NCBI GenBank assembly: GCA_002712715.1 | Contig: PAUF01000007.1 | Location: 310,403 to 374,402, forward strand | From: Flavobacteriales bacterium | GTDB taxonomy: Bacteria > Bacteroidota > Bacteroidia > Flavobacteriales > BACL11 | Direction of reading: 5' to 3' | DNA length: 64,000 nt | Shown here: piece by piece, positions 56,564 to 64,000 of the stretch | How positions within the stretch are numbered: position 1 is the stretch's first letter | Layout: each line of letters starts with the position of its first letter | Notes under the pieces: model-generated | Databases searched by the model: none | What the model was told of the DNA's origin: nothing | The model's input: the letters and a program-made list of their open reading frames with translations, nothing else | Translations under genes and position numbers: made by a program

Positions 56564-58294
56564 ATGAAAAAATTCTTTTCTAATATATTTTCTTCTATAA
56601 TAGCGCTGATAGTTTTTTCTTTTATTTCTATTGCGTCAACAATTTTTATTATCGCTATATTGTCACAGGATGCTGTAGTTTCGATTAGTGATCAATCAAT
56701 TTTAAAATTAGATTTTAATGAGTCTGTTGTCGAAAGGAGCTCAGGAAATCCATTTGGGGAAATTAATCCCATGGATTTTTCTTTTACTAAGACTACTGAA
56801 TTAAGCTCTTTAATTAAAGTTATAGATAGAGCTAAAGATGATAAAAGAATCAAAGGCATATATTTGGATTTATCATCTTTTTCACTAGGATTATCGCAAG
56901 TAGAGGAGATTAGAAGTAAATTACAGGACTTTAAATCAACCGGTAAGTTTATATATTCCTATTCTGAAACATACAGTCAAATGTCTTATTATTTAGCTTC
57001 TATTTCGGATAAAATATTTTTGAATCCCGAGGGATATGTAGAGCTAAATGGCATTTCTGCTGGGGTTATGTTTTTTAAAGAATTATTAGATAAGGCTGGT
57101 CTTGAAGCGCAAATAATAAGGCATGGAAAATTTAAGAGCGCGGTGGAGCCGTATATGTACAATTCTATGAGTGAGGAAAATAGATTTCAGCTAGAGAAAA
57201 TGCTTAATTCTTTGATGGATAAAATAATTTCTGACATTTCCTTGTCAAGAAAAATTTCTATTCAGAGTATAAATTATGCTATGAACAATTTATCTTTAAA
57301 TAATGCAGCAAAATGTAAGGAACTTTCTTTTATTGACTATATAACTTATGAAGATGAATTTAAAAGTTATATTAATGAAGAGATTTTGGATTACGAATTT
57401 ACAAGTTTTGCTGATTACGAAAATTCTTTGAAACCGGATCTTTTTATTGAAGATAAAATAGCGGTTATCTATGCAAATGGACCAATAAATACAGGTAAAG
57501 GCACGTACAATGCAATAGGCTCTGAATCTCTTGTTGAAGATATTAATTCTGCTGCTAATGATAAGAGTATAAAAGCAATTGTACTAAGAATTAATTCTCC
57601 TGGGGGCAGCGCATTAGCTTCTGATATTATATTGAGGGAGGTTGAATTAGCTAAAAAAAAGAAAAAAATAATTGTTTCTATGGGAGAGTATGCCGCTTCA
57701 GGTGGCTATTATATTGGATGTATTGCTGACAAAATTTACGCAAATTCAAATACGATTACTGGATCAATAGGTGTATTTGGAGTAATACTCAATACTAAAT
57801 CTTTATTAAATGATAAATTAGGCGTTTATGTAGATACTGTTAATACTCATAAATATTCCGACATGTTTAGTGGTACAAGGCCTCTAACTAATTTTGAAAA
57901 AGGAGTTGTTCAAAATTCTGTAAAAGAAGTATATAATACATTTATTTCTCACGTTTCCAAGGGTAGGAATCTTTCAAAGGAAGATGTAGATAAGATAGGA
58001 CAAGGAAGGGTATGGAGTGGTATACATGCAAAAGAAATAGGATTAGTTGATGAAATAGGTGGTTTAGAAGAAGCTATTACTGCTGCAGCTCAATTATCTG
58101 CATTAGAAAAATATACAGTAATAGAATATCCATTAAAGGATGATCCATTTGCTGATATATTGATGGATTTTTCAGTCTCATCTTATCTGAATAATGAATT
58201 TAGAAAAATAGGTATACCAATTGCAAATATTGGATTATACGATGATCTTGACTACATTCAAACAAGAATGATGATGATTTTAGATTTGAATTAG
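56564..58294 (+). CDS. sppA: signal peptide peptidase SppA, 67K type
   Basis: N-terminal TM helix and two tandem S49 domains. The second has INSPGGSALASD and ASGGYYI motifs. Confidence 0.9.
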   Translation: MKKFFSNIFSSIIALIVFSFISIASTIFIIAILSQDAVVSISDQSILKLDFNESVVERSSGNPFGEINPMDFSFTKTTELSSLIKVIDRAKDDKRIKGIYLDLSSFSLGLSQVEEIRSKLQDFKSTGKFIYSYSETYSQMSYYLASISDKIFLNPEGYVELNGISAGVMFFKELLDKAGLEAQIIRHGKFKSAVEPYMYNSMSEENRFQLEKMLNSLMDKIISDISLSRKISIQSINYAMNNLSLNNAAKCKELSFIDYITYEDEFKSYINEEILDYEFTSFADYENSLKPDLFIEDKIAVIYANGPINTGKGTYNAIGSESLVEDINSAANDKSIKAIVLRINSPGGSALASDIILREVELAKKKKKIIVSMGEYAASGGYYIGCIADKIYANSNTITGSIGVFGVILNTKSLLNDKLGVYVDTVNTHKYSDMFSGTRPLTNFEKGVVQNSVKEVYNTFISHVSKGRNLSKEDVDKIGQGRVWSGIHAKEIGLVDEIGGLEEAITAAAQLSALEKYTVIEYPLKDDPFADILMDFSVSSYLNNEFRKIGIPIANIGLYDDLDYIQTRMMMILDLN

Positions 58295-59112
58295 AATATT
58301 TTTTGTTGTTTATCATTTTCTTGAACAGTAAAATCTATAATATAACCCTCATGCGATCTCATATTAAAAACTTTATCTTCATCTATCATTAGATATTGTC
58401 CTTTAATGCCATTTAAAACTCCTTCAATTCTATTAACTTTTTCTAACTTAATACTTTTAATTTTTTTTGGGTATTTGTATATTGGATATTTTATGCTAGT
58501 TATATTATTTTCTTTTATAATATATTTTTTAAAATCATTTGGAATATGTTTTATTAAATCATCTTTCATTTGAATTAAATCTATGGGATCAGGTTCTCCT
58601 GAAAGCATTTTTCTCCAATTAGTGGTGTCTTTTACATATTGTTTTAATGCAACTTCTATATCTCCAGAGAATCTTCTGTTTGGAACTTCTGCGATTAAAA
58701 TAGCCTGACTAGCACCTTGATCCATCCACCTAATAACACCTTGACTTCCCCTAGTAATACCAACTTTCAAACCACTAGAATTAGCTAAATATATAAAATG
58801 AGGAGCGATTTGAAATTTTTTTTCCCATTCTAAATCTCTATCTTTTATATTTAAATGCGCTGTGCAGAGTTCAGGTTTGAATATACTTTGTGAAGCTAGG
58901 GGAGATTCCCAAAAGCACTTATAGCAAAAATTTGATCGATAAAATTTTTTCATTAGTTTTTGACATGATTGGCAGATTACTGAACCTTTCCATGATATTG
59001 ATATATGTTTTCTTATATAGTTATTCATTACATGCGAAGTGTCGTTTATTTCTAAAGTATATTCAACCACATCTTTCAAACTAGTAGACATTTTTCTAAT
59101 GTATTGAGTCAT
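58291..59112 (-). CDS. DUF2797 domain protein
   Basis: The Cys cluster CQSCQ...FCYKCFWESP...ELCTAH followed by a conserved core (GLKVGITR) is as in DUF2797. An alternative start lies at 59091. Confidence 0.65.
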   Translation of the reverse strand: MTQYIRKMSTSLKDVVEYTLEINDTSHVMNNYIRKHISISWKGSVICQSCQKLMKKFYRSNFCYKCFWESPLASQSIFKPELCTAHLNIKDRDLEWEKKFQIAPHFIYLANSSGLKVGITRGSQGVIRWMDQGASQAILIAEVPNRRFSGDIEVALKQYVKDTTNWRKMLSGEPDPIDLIQMKDDLIKHIPNDFKKYIIKENNITSIKYPIYKYPKKIKSIKLEKVNRIEGVLNGIKGQYLMIDEDKVFNMRSHEGYIIDFTVQENDKQQKIF

Positions 59113-59156
59113 GAATTTGTATATTTATTGCTTTATAAAGCATTAAAAATACAAAA

Positions 59157-60668
59157 TTGGTCTATATCCCTTTTAAAAATACCATTCTTTCTTCATTACT
59201 AAAAAATCGACATATCCAGATTGAGAATTTTAAAGATAGACCCTTAGAAGTTCAAAATAAAGTTTTCAAAAATTTGATTAAAATGGGAGAGTATACAGTT
59301 TTTGGAGTGGATCACAAATTTAGTGAGATTGCAGATGTAAAAAAATTCCAAGAACTTATTCCAATACGTAAATATGAAGAATTTTTAGAATACATTAATA
59401 AAACAAGAAAAGGGCATAAAGATATTTTGTGGCCAGGTTATGTAAAATGGTTTGCTAAATCTTCAGGAACTACTGATAATAAAAGCAAGTACATCCCAAT
59501 TACAAATGAGTCATTAAAAAAATGTCATTACAAAGCAGGTAAAGACATGTTATCTCTTTATGCTATAAATTTTCCAGAGACAAATTTATACAATGGAAAA
59601 GGTTTAATGTTGGGAGGAAGTCAAATTCAGAATAAAAATCATGGATATTTTGAAGGGGACCTGTCTGCAATTCTAATTAGTAATTTTCCATTTTGGGTAA
59701 ATATGCATAGAGTACCAGATTTACAAACAGCATTGATGAGTGACTGGGAAAAAAAGGTCAATATTATTTGTAATCAAGCTATTAATGAAAATATAACGAA
59801 TATTACGGGAGTACCTTCTTGGACACTGGTTGTTCTTAAAAAAGTTTTAGAAATAACTAAATCAAGTAGTTTATTGGAGGTGTGGCCCAATTTAGAGCTT
59901 TATATGCATGGAGGTGTGCATTTTAGTCCATATGTTAAACAGTTTTATAAAATGATACCTTCAAATGATATGAATTATGTTGAAGGGTATAATGCATCAG
60001 AAGGATTCTTTGGGATTCAGGATACAAAAAATAGTAAAGATTTGCTGCTGATGTTAGATTATGGTATTTTTTATGAATTTATATTACTAAAAGATTATAA
60101 AGATGGTATAAGAGAAACTGTACTGTTATCTGAAGTTATAATCAATGAAGTTTATGTCATGATAATTTCTACTAATGCAGGTTTGTGGCGTTATGTTATA
60201 GGGGATACTATTAGGTTTACTTCATTGAGCCCTTTTCGTATTCGGGTTGTTGGGAGAACTAAGAACTATATCAATGCTTTTGGTGAGGAATTGATGGTTG
60301 AAAATGTGGAGAGAGCTTTGTATTTATCATGCCAAAAGTATCATTGTACAGTGCAAAATTTCATTGTAGCGCCTAAATTTATTGGAGATGGAAGAGGTGT
60401 TCATCAATGGATTGTGGAATTTCAAGATATTCCAAAGGATCTTAATATTTTCTCAGAATATCTTGATCGAAAAATTAGAGAACTAAATTCTGATTATGAC
60501 GCTAAAAGGACTGATAATTTTATATTGGATTGTCTTCAAATATTTCCCGCTAAGAAAAATATTTTTTATAAATGGTTAAAAATAAATAATAGATTAGGAG
60601 GTCAATATAAAGTCCCTAGATTGGATAATGATGGGATTAAATTTAATGAGATAAAATCTTTAATGTAA
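59157..60668 (+). CDS. GH3-family (auxin-responsive GH3-like) adenylating acyl-acid amido synthetase homologue
   Basis: FAKSSGTTDNKSKYIP adenylation motif, YNASEGFFG and RYVIGDTIRF. The start is TTG at 59157, since there is no in-frame ATG upstream of the conserved N-terminal region. Confidence 0.8.
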   Translation: MVYIPFKNTILSSLLKNRHIQIENFKDRPLEVQNKVFKNLIKMGEYTVFGVDHKFSEIADVKKFQELIPIRKYEEFLEYINKTRKGHKDILWPGYVKWFAKSSGTTDNKSKYIPITNESLKKCHYKAGKDMLSLYAINFPETNLYNGKGLMLGGSQIQNKNHGYFEGDLSAILISNFPFWVNMHRVPDLQTALMSDWEKKVNIICNQAINENITNITGVPSWTLVVLKKVLEITKSSSLLEVWPNLELYMHGGVHFSPYVKQFYKMIPSNDMNYVEGYNASEGFFGIQDTKNSKDLLLMLDYGIFYEFILLKDYKDGIRETVLLSEVIINEVYVMIISTNAGLWRYVIGDTIRFTSLSPFRIRVVGRTKNYINAFGEELMVENVERALYLSCQKYHCTVQNFIVAPKFIGDGRGVHQWIVEFQDIPKDLNIFSEYLDRKIRELNSDYDAKRTDNFILDCLQIFPAKKNIFYKWLKINNRLGGQYKVPRLDNDGIKFNEIKSLM

Positions 60669-60741
60669 TTTAATTATCAAAAATTGGTTATTTATAATTA
60701 GATAATAATAATCTTTTTTATTTTTATAAAAAAATAAAATT

Positions 60742-61362
60742 ATGCATATAGCGATAGCTGGAAATATTGGAGCGGGTAAGACAACACTTACATCAAAATT
60801 GTCAAAGTATTATAAATGGGAACCGCACTTTGAAGATGTTGAAAACAATCCATACCTAAATGATTTTTACAAAGACATGCAGAGATGGAGTTTTAATTTA
60901 CAAGTTTTTTTCTTAAATAGTAGATTTAGACAAATAATAGATATACAAAATTCTAAAAAGACTTTTATTCAAGATCGAACAATATATGAAGATGCCTATA
61001 TTTTCGCTCCTAATCTTCATTCGATGGGATTAATGAGTACAAGAGACTTTAAAAATTATAAAGAATTATTTAATCTTATGGATTCATTAGTCAAGGGCCC
61101 TGATCTTTTAATTTATTTAAGAGCCACAGTCCCTACTTTGGTTAGTCAGATACAGAAAAGAGGAAGAGATTATGAAAACAGTATTAGATTAGATTATTTA
61201 ACACAACTTAACGAGCGATATCAGGCGTGGATTACTGGTTATAATAAAGAATTATTAATAATAGATGTTGATGATAATAATTTTTCCGAAAATGAAGAAG
61301 ATTTTGTCTCAGTTATAGAACAAGTAGATTCAAAGATTAGCGGACTTTCTCAAGATAAATAA
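60742..61362 (+). CDS. deoxynucleoside kinase (paralogue 2)
   Basis: P-loop IAIAGNIGAGKTTL, an FEDVENNPYL motif and DRTIYED of the dNK family. Confidence 0.85.
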   Translation: MHIAIAGNIGAGKTTLTSKLSKYYKWEPHFEDVENNPYLNDFYKDMQRWSFNLQVFFLNSRFRQIIDIQNSKKTFIQDRTIYEDAYIFAPNLHSMGLMSTRDFKNYKELFNLMDSLVKGPDLLIYLRATVPTLVSQIQKRGRDYENSIRLDYLTQLNERYQAWITGYNKELLIIDVDDNNFSENEEDFVSVIEQVDSKISGLSQDK

Positions 61363-61389
61363 AAAAACCACTCTGTTTGAGTGGTTTTT
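61363..61389. terminator. bidirectional rho-independent terminator between the dNK gene and hppA
   Basis: Stem ccactc/gagtgg with a 5-nt loop, preceded by an A-run and followed by a T-run. Confidence 0.65.
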
Positions 61390-61398
61390 AATTTTTTG

Positions 61399-63912
61399 TT
61401 ATTTCTTTTCTTTACAAAAAATAACAATATCACTATTCATCTCTTTTTGGTAGAATGAAATGGAATGTCCTTTTTTTACATCAAATTTATGACGCGCTAT
61501 TTCTCCAGTTGGTGATATTTTACCTTCTTGATATTTTTTTTCTATTGATTTTGTTGTTGATTCAAAAATAATGCCGTTTGAATAGATTTGTAGAAATTCA
61601 TCATTTGGATCTGTTAGTCCTTCTGGATTTAATCGAATAGATTCAATAGTTTCATTAGAATTTTTAGTAATATTTTCAGCTATCCATGATAATTCTATAA
61701 ATCCTTTTTCTGTATTTACAAGTTCTTTATCTATATTATCATTTGGTATTACTTCTTTAATATTATTATTTACATCATCCGCTTTTAGCGAGGGAGCAAT
61801 TACTAAAGCTACCACTGAGATTAATTTAAGTAATATATTTAATGATGGCCCTGATGTATCTTTGAATGGATCACCTACAGTATCACCAACAACTGCTGCT
61901 TTGTGAGCTTCTGTACCTTTTTTACCCTCTTCTTCTATCATTTTCTTTGCATTATCCCACGCTCCTCCAGAGTTAGATTGAAATATTGCCATTAAAACAC
62001 CACAAGATGTAACTCCAGCTAATAAACCTCCTAACATTTCAGCTCCACCTAGAAAACCAATTAATACAGGTACAACAATTGCTAAAAGCCCAGGAAGAAC
62101 CATTTCTTTAATCGAAGCTTTTGTTGATATTGCGACACATTTGTCATACTCAGCAACTCCATCAGCAGCGTCAAATATTTTTCTGTCTTCTGCCGATGAT
62201 TTGCTCATATCTGAATTATATTTTTTCATTACTTCTAATGCGGCTTTTAATGCAGGAATATCTCTAAATTGCCTTCTAACCTCTTCTATCATTGCCATAG
62301 CTGCTCTACCAACCGCATTCATAGCTAAAGCTGAGAAAACAAATGGTAACATTGCTCCAATTAATAATCCAGCCATTACAGTAGGTTTTGATACATCAAT
62401 ACCAATTTCAATAATTCCTGATTGAAGCATAAACGCAGCGAATAAAGCAAGCGCAGTAAGAGCAGCTGAAGCGATTGCAAATCCTTTTCCAATTGCCGCT
62501 GTTGTATTTCCAACAGCATCTAATTTATCTGTTCTTTCTCTAACTTCTGAGGGAAGTTCACACATTTCCGCGATTCCTCCTGCATTATCAGAAATAGGTC
62601 CGTATGCATCAACCGCTAATTGAATCCCTGTATTAGCAAGCATCCCAACAGCTGCGATAGCTATTCCATACATTCCTGCAAAATGGTGAGAAATAAGAAT
62701 TGCAGCAACGATTAATAAGATTGGGATTGCTGTGGACATCATTCCCACTCCTAATCCAGCGATTATATTAGTAGCAGATCCAGTTTCGGATTGTCTAACA
62801 ATTGAAGAAACCGGTTTTGTTCCAGTTCCAGTATAATATTCTGTAACTTTTCCAACAGCTAAACCTGCAATTAACCCCGCTAGTGTAGCGTAGAAAACTC
62901 CTAAAGCTGTTAATTCTAGACCGGATGCAGTTTGAGTTCCTTCAGGTATCATAGCGTTAATTATAAACCAAGAAGCAATAACCATTAAGCCAGCTGATCC
63001 AAATTCACCAATATTTAATGCTTTATGAGGAGATCCGCCATCTTTTACTTTTACAAAAAAAGTCCCAATAATAGACATGATTATACCAACTGCTGCAAGT
63101 CCTAGTGGAAGATAAACTGCTCCGAATCCATCAAAACCACTAGTGATAAAGACTGAACCAAGAACCATTGTGCCTATTATTGATCCTACATAAGATTCGA
63201 AAAGATCTGCTCCCATACCAGCCACATCTCCAACATTGTCCCCAACATTATCTGCAATAGTTGCTGGGTTTAATGGATGATCTTCTGGGATACCAGCTTC
63301 TACTTTTCCAACAAGATCAGCTCCCACATCAGCTGCTTTTGTATAAATACCTCCACCAACTCTTGCAAATAAGGCTATTGATGAGGCCCCCAAAGAAAAT
63401 CCTGAAAGTACATTTAATACTACTGTTATACCATCTAATGAATCCATCCCTTGATAAGTGAATAATAAAGAACTTAATCCTAAAACCCCAAGCCCTACAA
63501 CTCCAAGTCCCATGGCAGCTCCTCCAGAAAAAGCTACTTCTAATCCTTTAGCTAATGAAGTCCTAGCAGCTTGTGTTGTTCGAACATTTGCTTTGGTCGC
63601 TACTTTCATGCCTATAAATCCTGCTAAAGCAGAGCATATAGCTCCTACTACAAATGACACAGCTACCATACCAGTTGAATCAGCGTCGTTTTCTCCCTTG
63701 AAATAAAGTAATACAGCTACACATGCCACAAAAATCGCGAGAAGTTTGTATTCAGCTTTTAGGAAGGACATTGCTCCATCTGAGATGTTTTTTGCAATTC
63801 TTTGCATTTTTTCATCTCCAGAGTCTTGTTTAGAAACCCATGAGTTTTTCCAGAATACAAAAGCTAATGCCAGTATTCCAAATGCAGGTAAATAGTTAAT
63901 GATTTGTTCCAT
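61399..63912 (-). CDS. hppA: membrane-bound ion-translocating pyrophosphatase (K+-dependent-type signature) with a C-terminal extension
   Basis: Motifs [51 protein letters not shown] (Ala at the K+-dependence position) and [16 protein letters not shown]. 127 additional residues follow the last TM helix. Confidence 0.93.
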   Translation of the reverse strand: MEQIINYLPAFGILALAFVFWKNSWVSKQDSGDEKMQRIAKNISDGAMSFLKAEYKLLAIFVACVAVLLYFKGENDADSTGMVAVSFVVGAICSALAGFIGMKVATKANVRTTQAARTSLAKGLEVAFSGGAAMGLGVVGLGVLGLSSLLFTYQGMDSLDGITVVLNVLSGFSLGASSIALFARVGGGIYTKAADVGADLVGKVEAGIPEDHPLNPATIADNVGDNVGDVAGMGADLFESYVGSIIGTMVLGSVFITSGFDGFGAVYLPLGLAAVGIIMSIIGTFFVKVKDGGSPHKALNIGEFGSAGLMVIASWFIINAMIPEGTQTASGLELTALGVFYATLAGLIAGLAVGKVTEYYTGTGTKPVSSIVRQSETGSATNIIAGLGVGMMSTAIPILLIVAAILISHHFAGMYGIAIAAVGMLANTGIQLAVDAYGPISDNAGGIAEMCELPSEVRERTDKLDAVGNTTAAIGKGFAIASAALTALALFAAFMLQSGIIEIGIDVSKPTVMAGLLIGAMLPFVFSALAMNAVGRAAMAMIEEVRRQFRDIPALKAALEVMKKYNSDMSKSSAEDRKIFDAADGVAEYDKCVAISTKASIKEMVLPGLLAIVVPVLIGFLGGAEMLGGLLAGVTSCGVLMAIFQSNSGGAWDNAKKMIEEEGKKGTEAHKAAVVGDTVGDPFKDTSGPSLNILLKLISVVALVIAPSLKADDVNNNIKEVIPNDNIDKELVNTEKGFIELSWIAENITKNSNETIESIRLNPEGLTDPNDEFLQIYSNGIIFESTTKSIEKKYQEGKISPTGEIARHKFDVKKGHSISFYQKEMNSDIVIFCKEKK

Positions 63913-63965
63913 AGTTTTTTATTTAAAATTTTTATTCAAATTATTGTTAGTTACAAATAAGTTTG

Positions 63966-63973
63966 CAAAAATA
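63966..63973 (-). promoter_or_regulatory. Bacteroidota -7 box TATTTTTG upstream of hppA
   Basis: The reverse complement of caaaaata matches TAnnTTTG, about 54 nt upstream of the ATG at 63912. Confidence 0.35.
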
Positions 63974-64000
63974 GTATTTTTAATAAAATAGAGTAGGTTT

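Noticed and set aside
62141-63706. Three plus-strand ORFs (62141-62425, 63261-63461, 63458-63706)
   Set aside because: All are antisense within hppA, whose identity is unambiguous. They are shadow ORFs of a GC-richer, Ala/Gly-rich membrane protein gene.
1-64000. CRISPR arrays, rRNA operons, insertion sequences, restriction-modification or other defence systems
   Set aside because: No spaced direct repeats, rRNA-like sequence, transposase/integrase-like ORFs or defence-gene motifs were seen while reading the window and the ORF track. This was a visual scan only, so short or degenerate elements could be missed.

Overview
Strongly AT-rich, densely packed chromosomal window. By inference it comes from a marine-type Flavobacteriia (Bacteroidota) genome. 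Supporting signs are T9SS type A-like and type B C-terminal sorting domains, a PorV/PorQ-family barrel, DUF4290-murA synteny, a bacterial GGGP-synthase homologue, a long-form PurF and recurrent TAnnTTTG -7 promoter boxes. Most genes are housekeeping: tilS, dsbD, secA, alaS, dnaJ-grpE, murA, ahcY, greA, ruvC, purF, mutS, folK, sppA, hppA, and tRNA-Gly plus tRNA-Leu. I saw no CRISPR array, rRNA, transposase, integrase or recognisable defence genes. Two blocks look like uncharacterised systems. (1) 25919-35011 is a three-gene outer-membrane locus: a 1250-aa TonB-dependent-receptor-like barrel, a 1404-aa secreted protein with a T9SS-CTD-like tail and no recognisable catalytic domain, and a private PorV/PorQ-family barrel. 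(2) 40663-43183 is a four-gene, translationally coupled operon: an animal GAD/CSAD-like PLP decarboxylase with altered substrate-pocket residues, a His...NCSRF permuted LRAT/NlpC-P60-like thiol enzyme, a small four-Cys protein, and a CxxC glutaredoxin-like protein. Secondary oddities are a T9SS type B CotH-kinase-like giant protein, a 127-aa C-terminal extension on the membrane pyrophosphatase, a tandem Cys-pair module inserted in DsbD, a His-less Rieske-like lipoprotein, a GGGPS/PPTase pair and a GH3/DUF2797 pair. All calls rest on reading the supplied translations and hand-indexing the DNA. No database search, HMM or structure prediction was run, so family names are motif-level recognitions.
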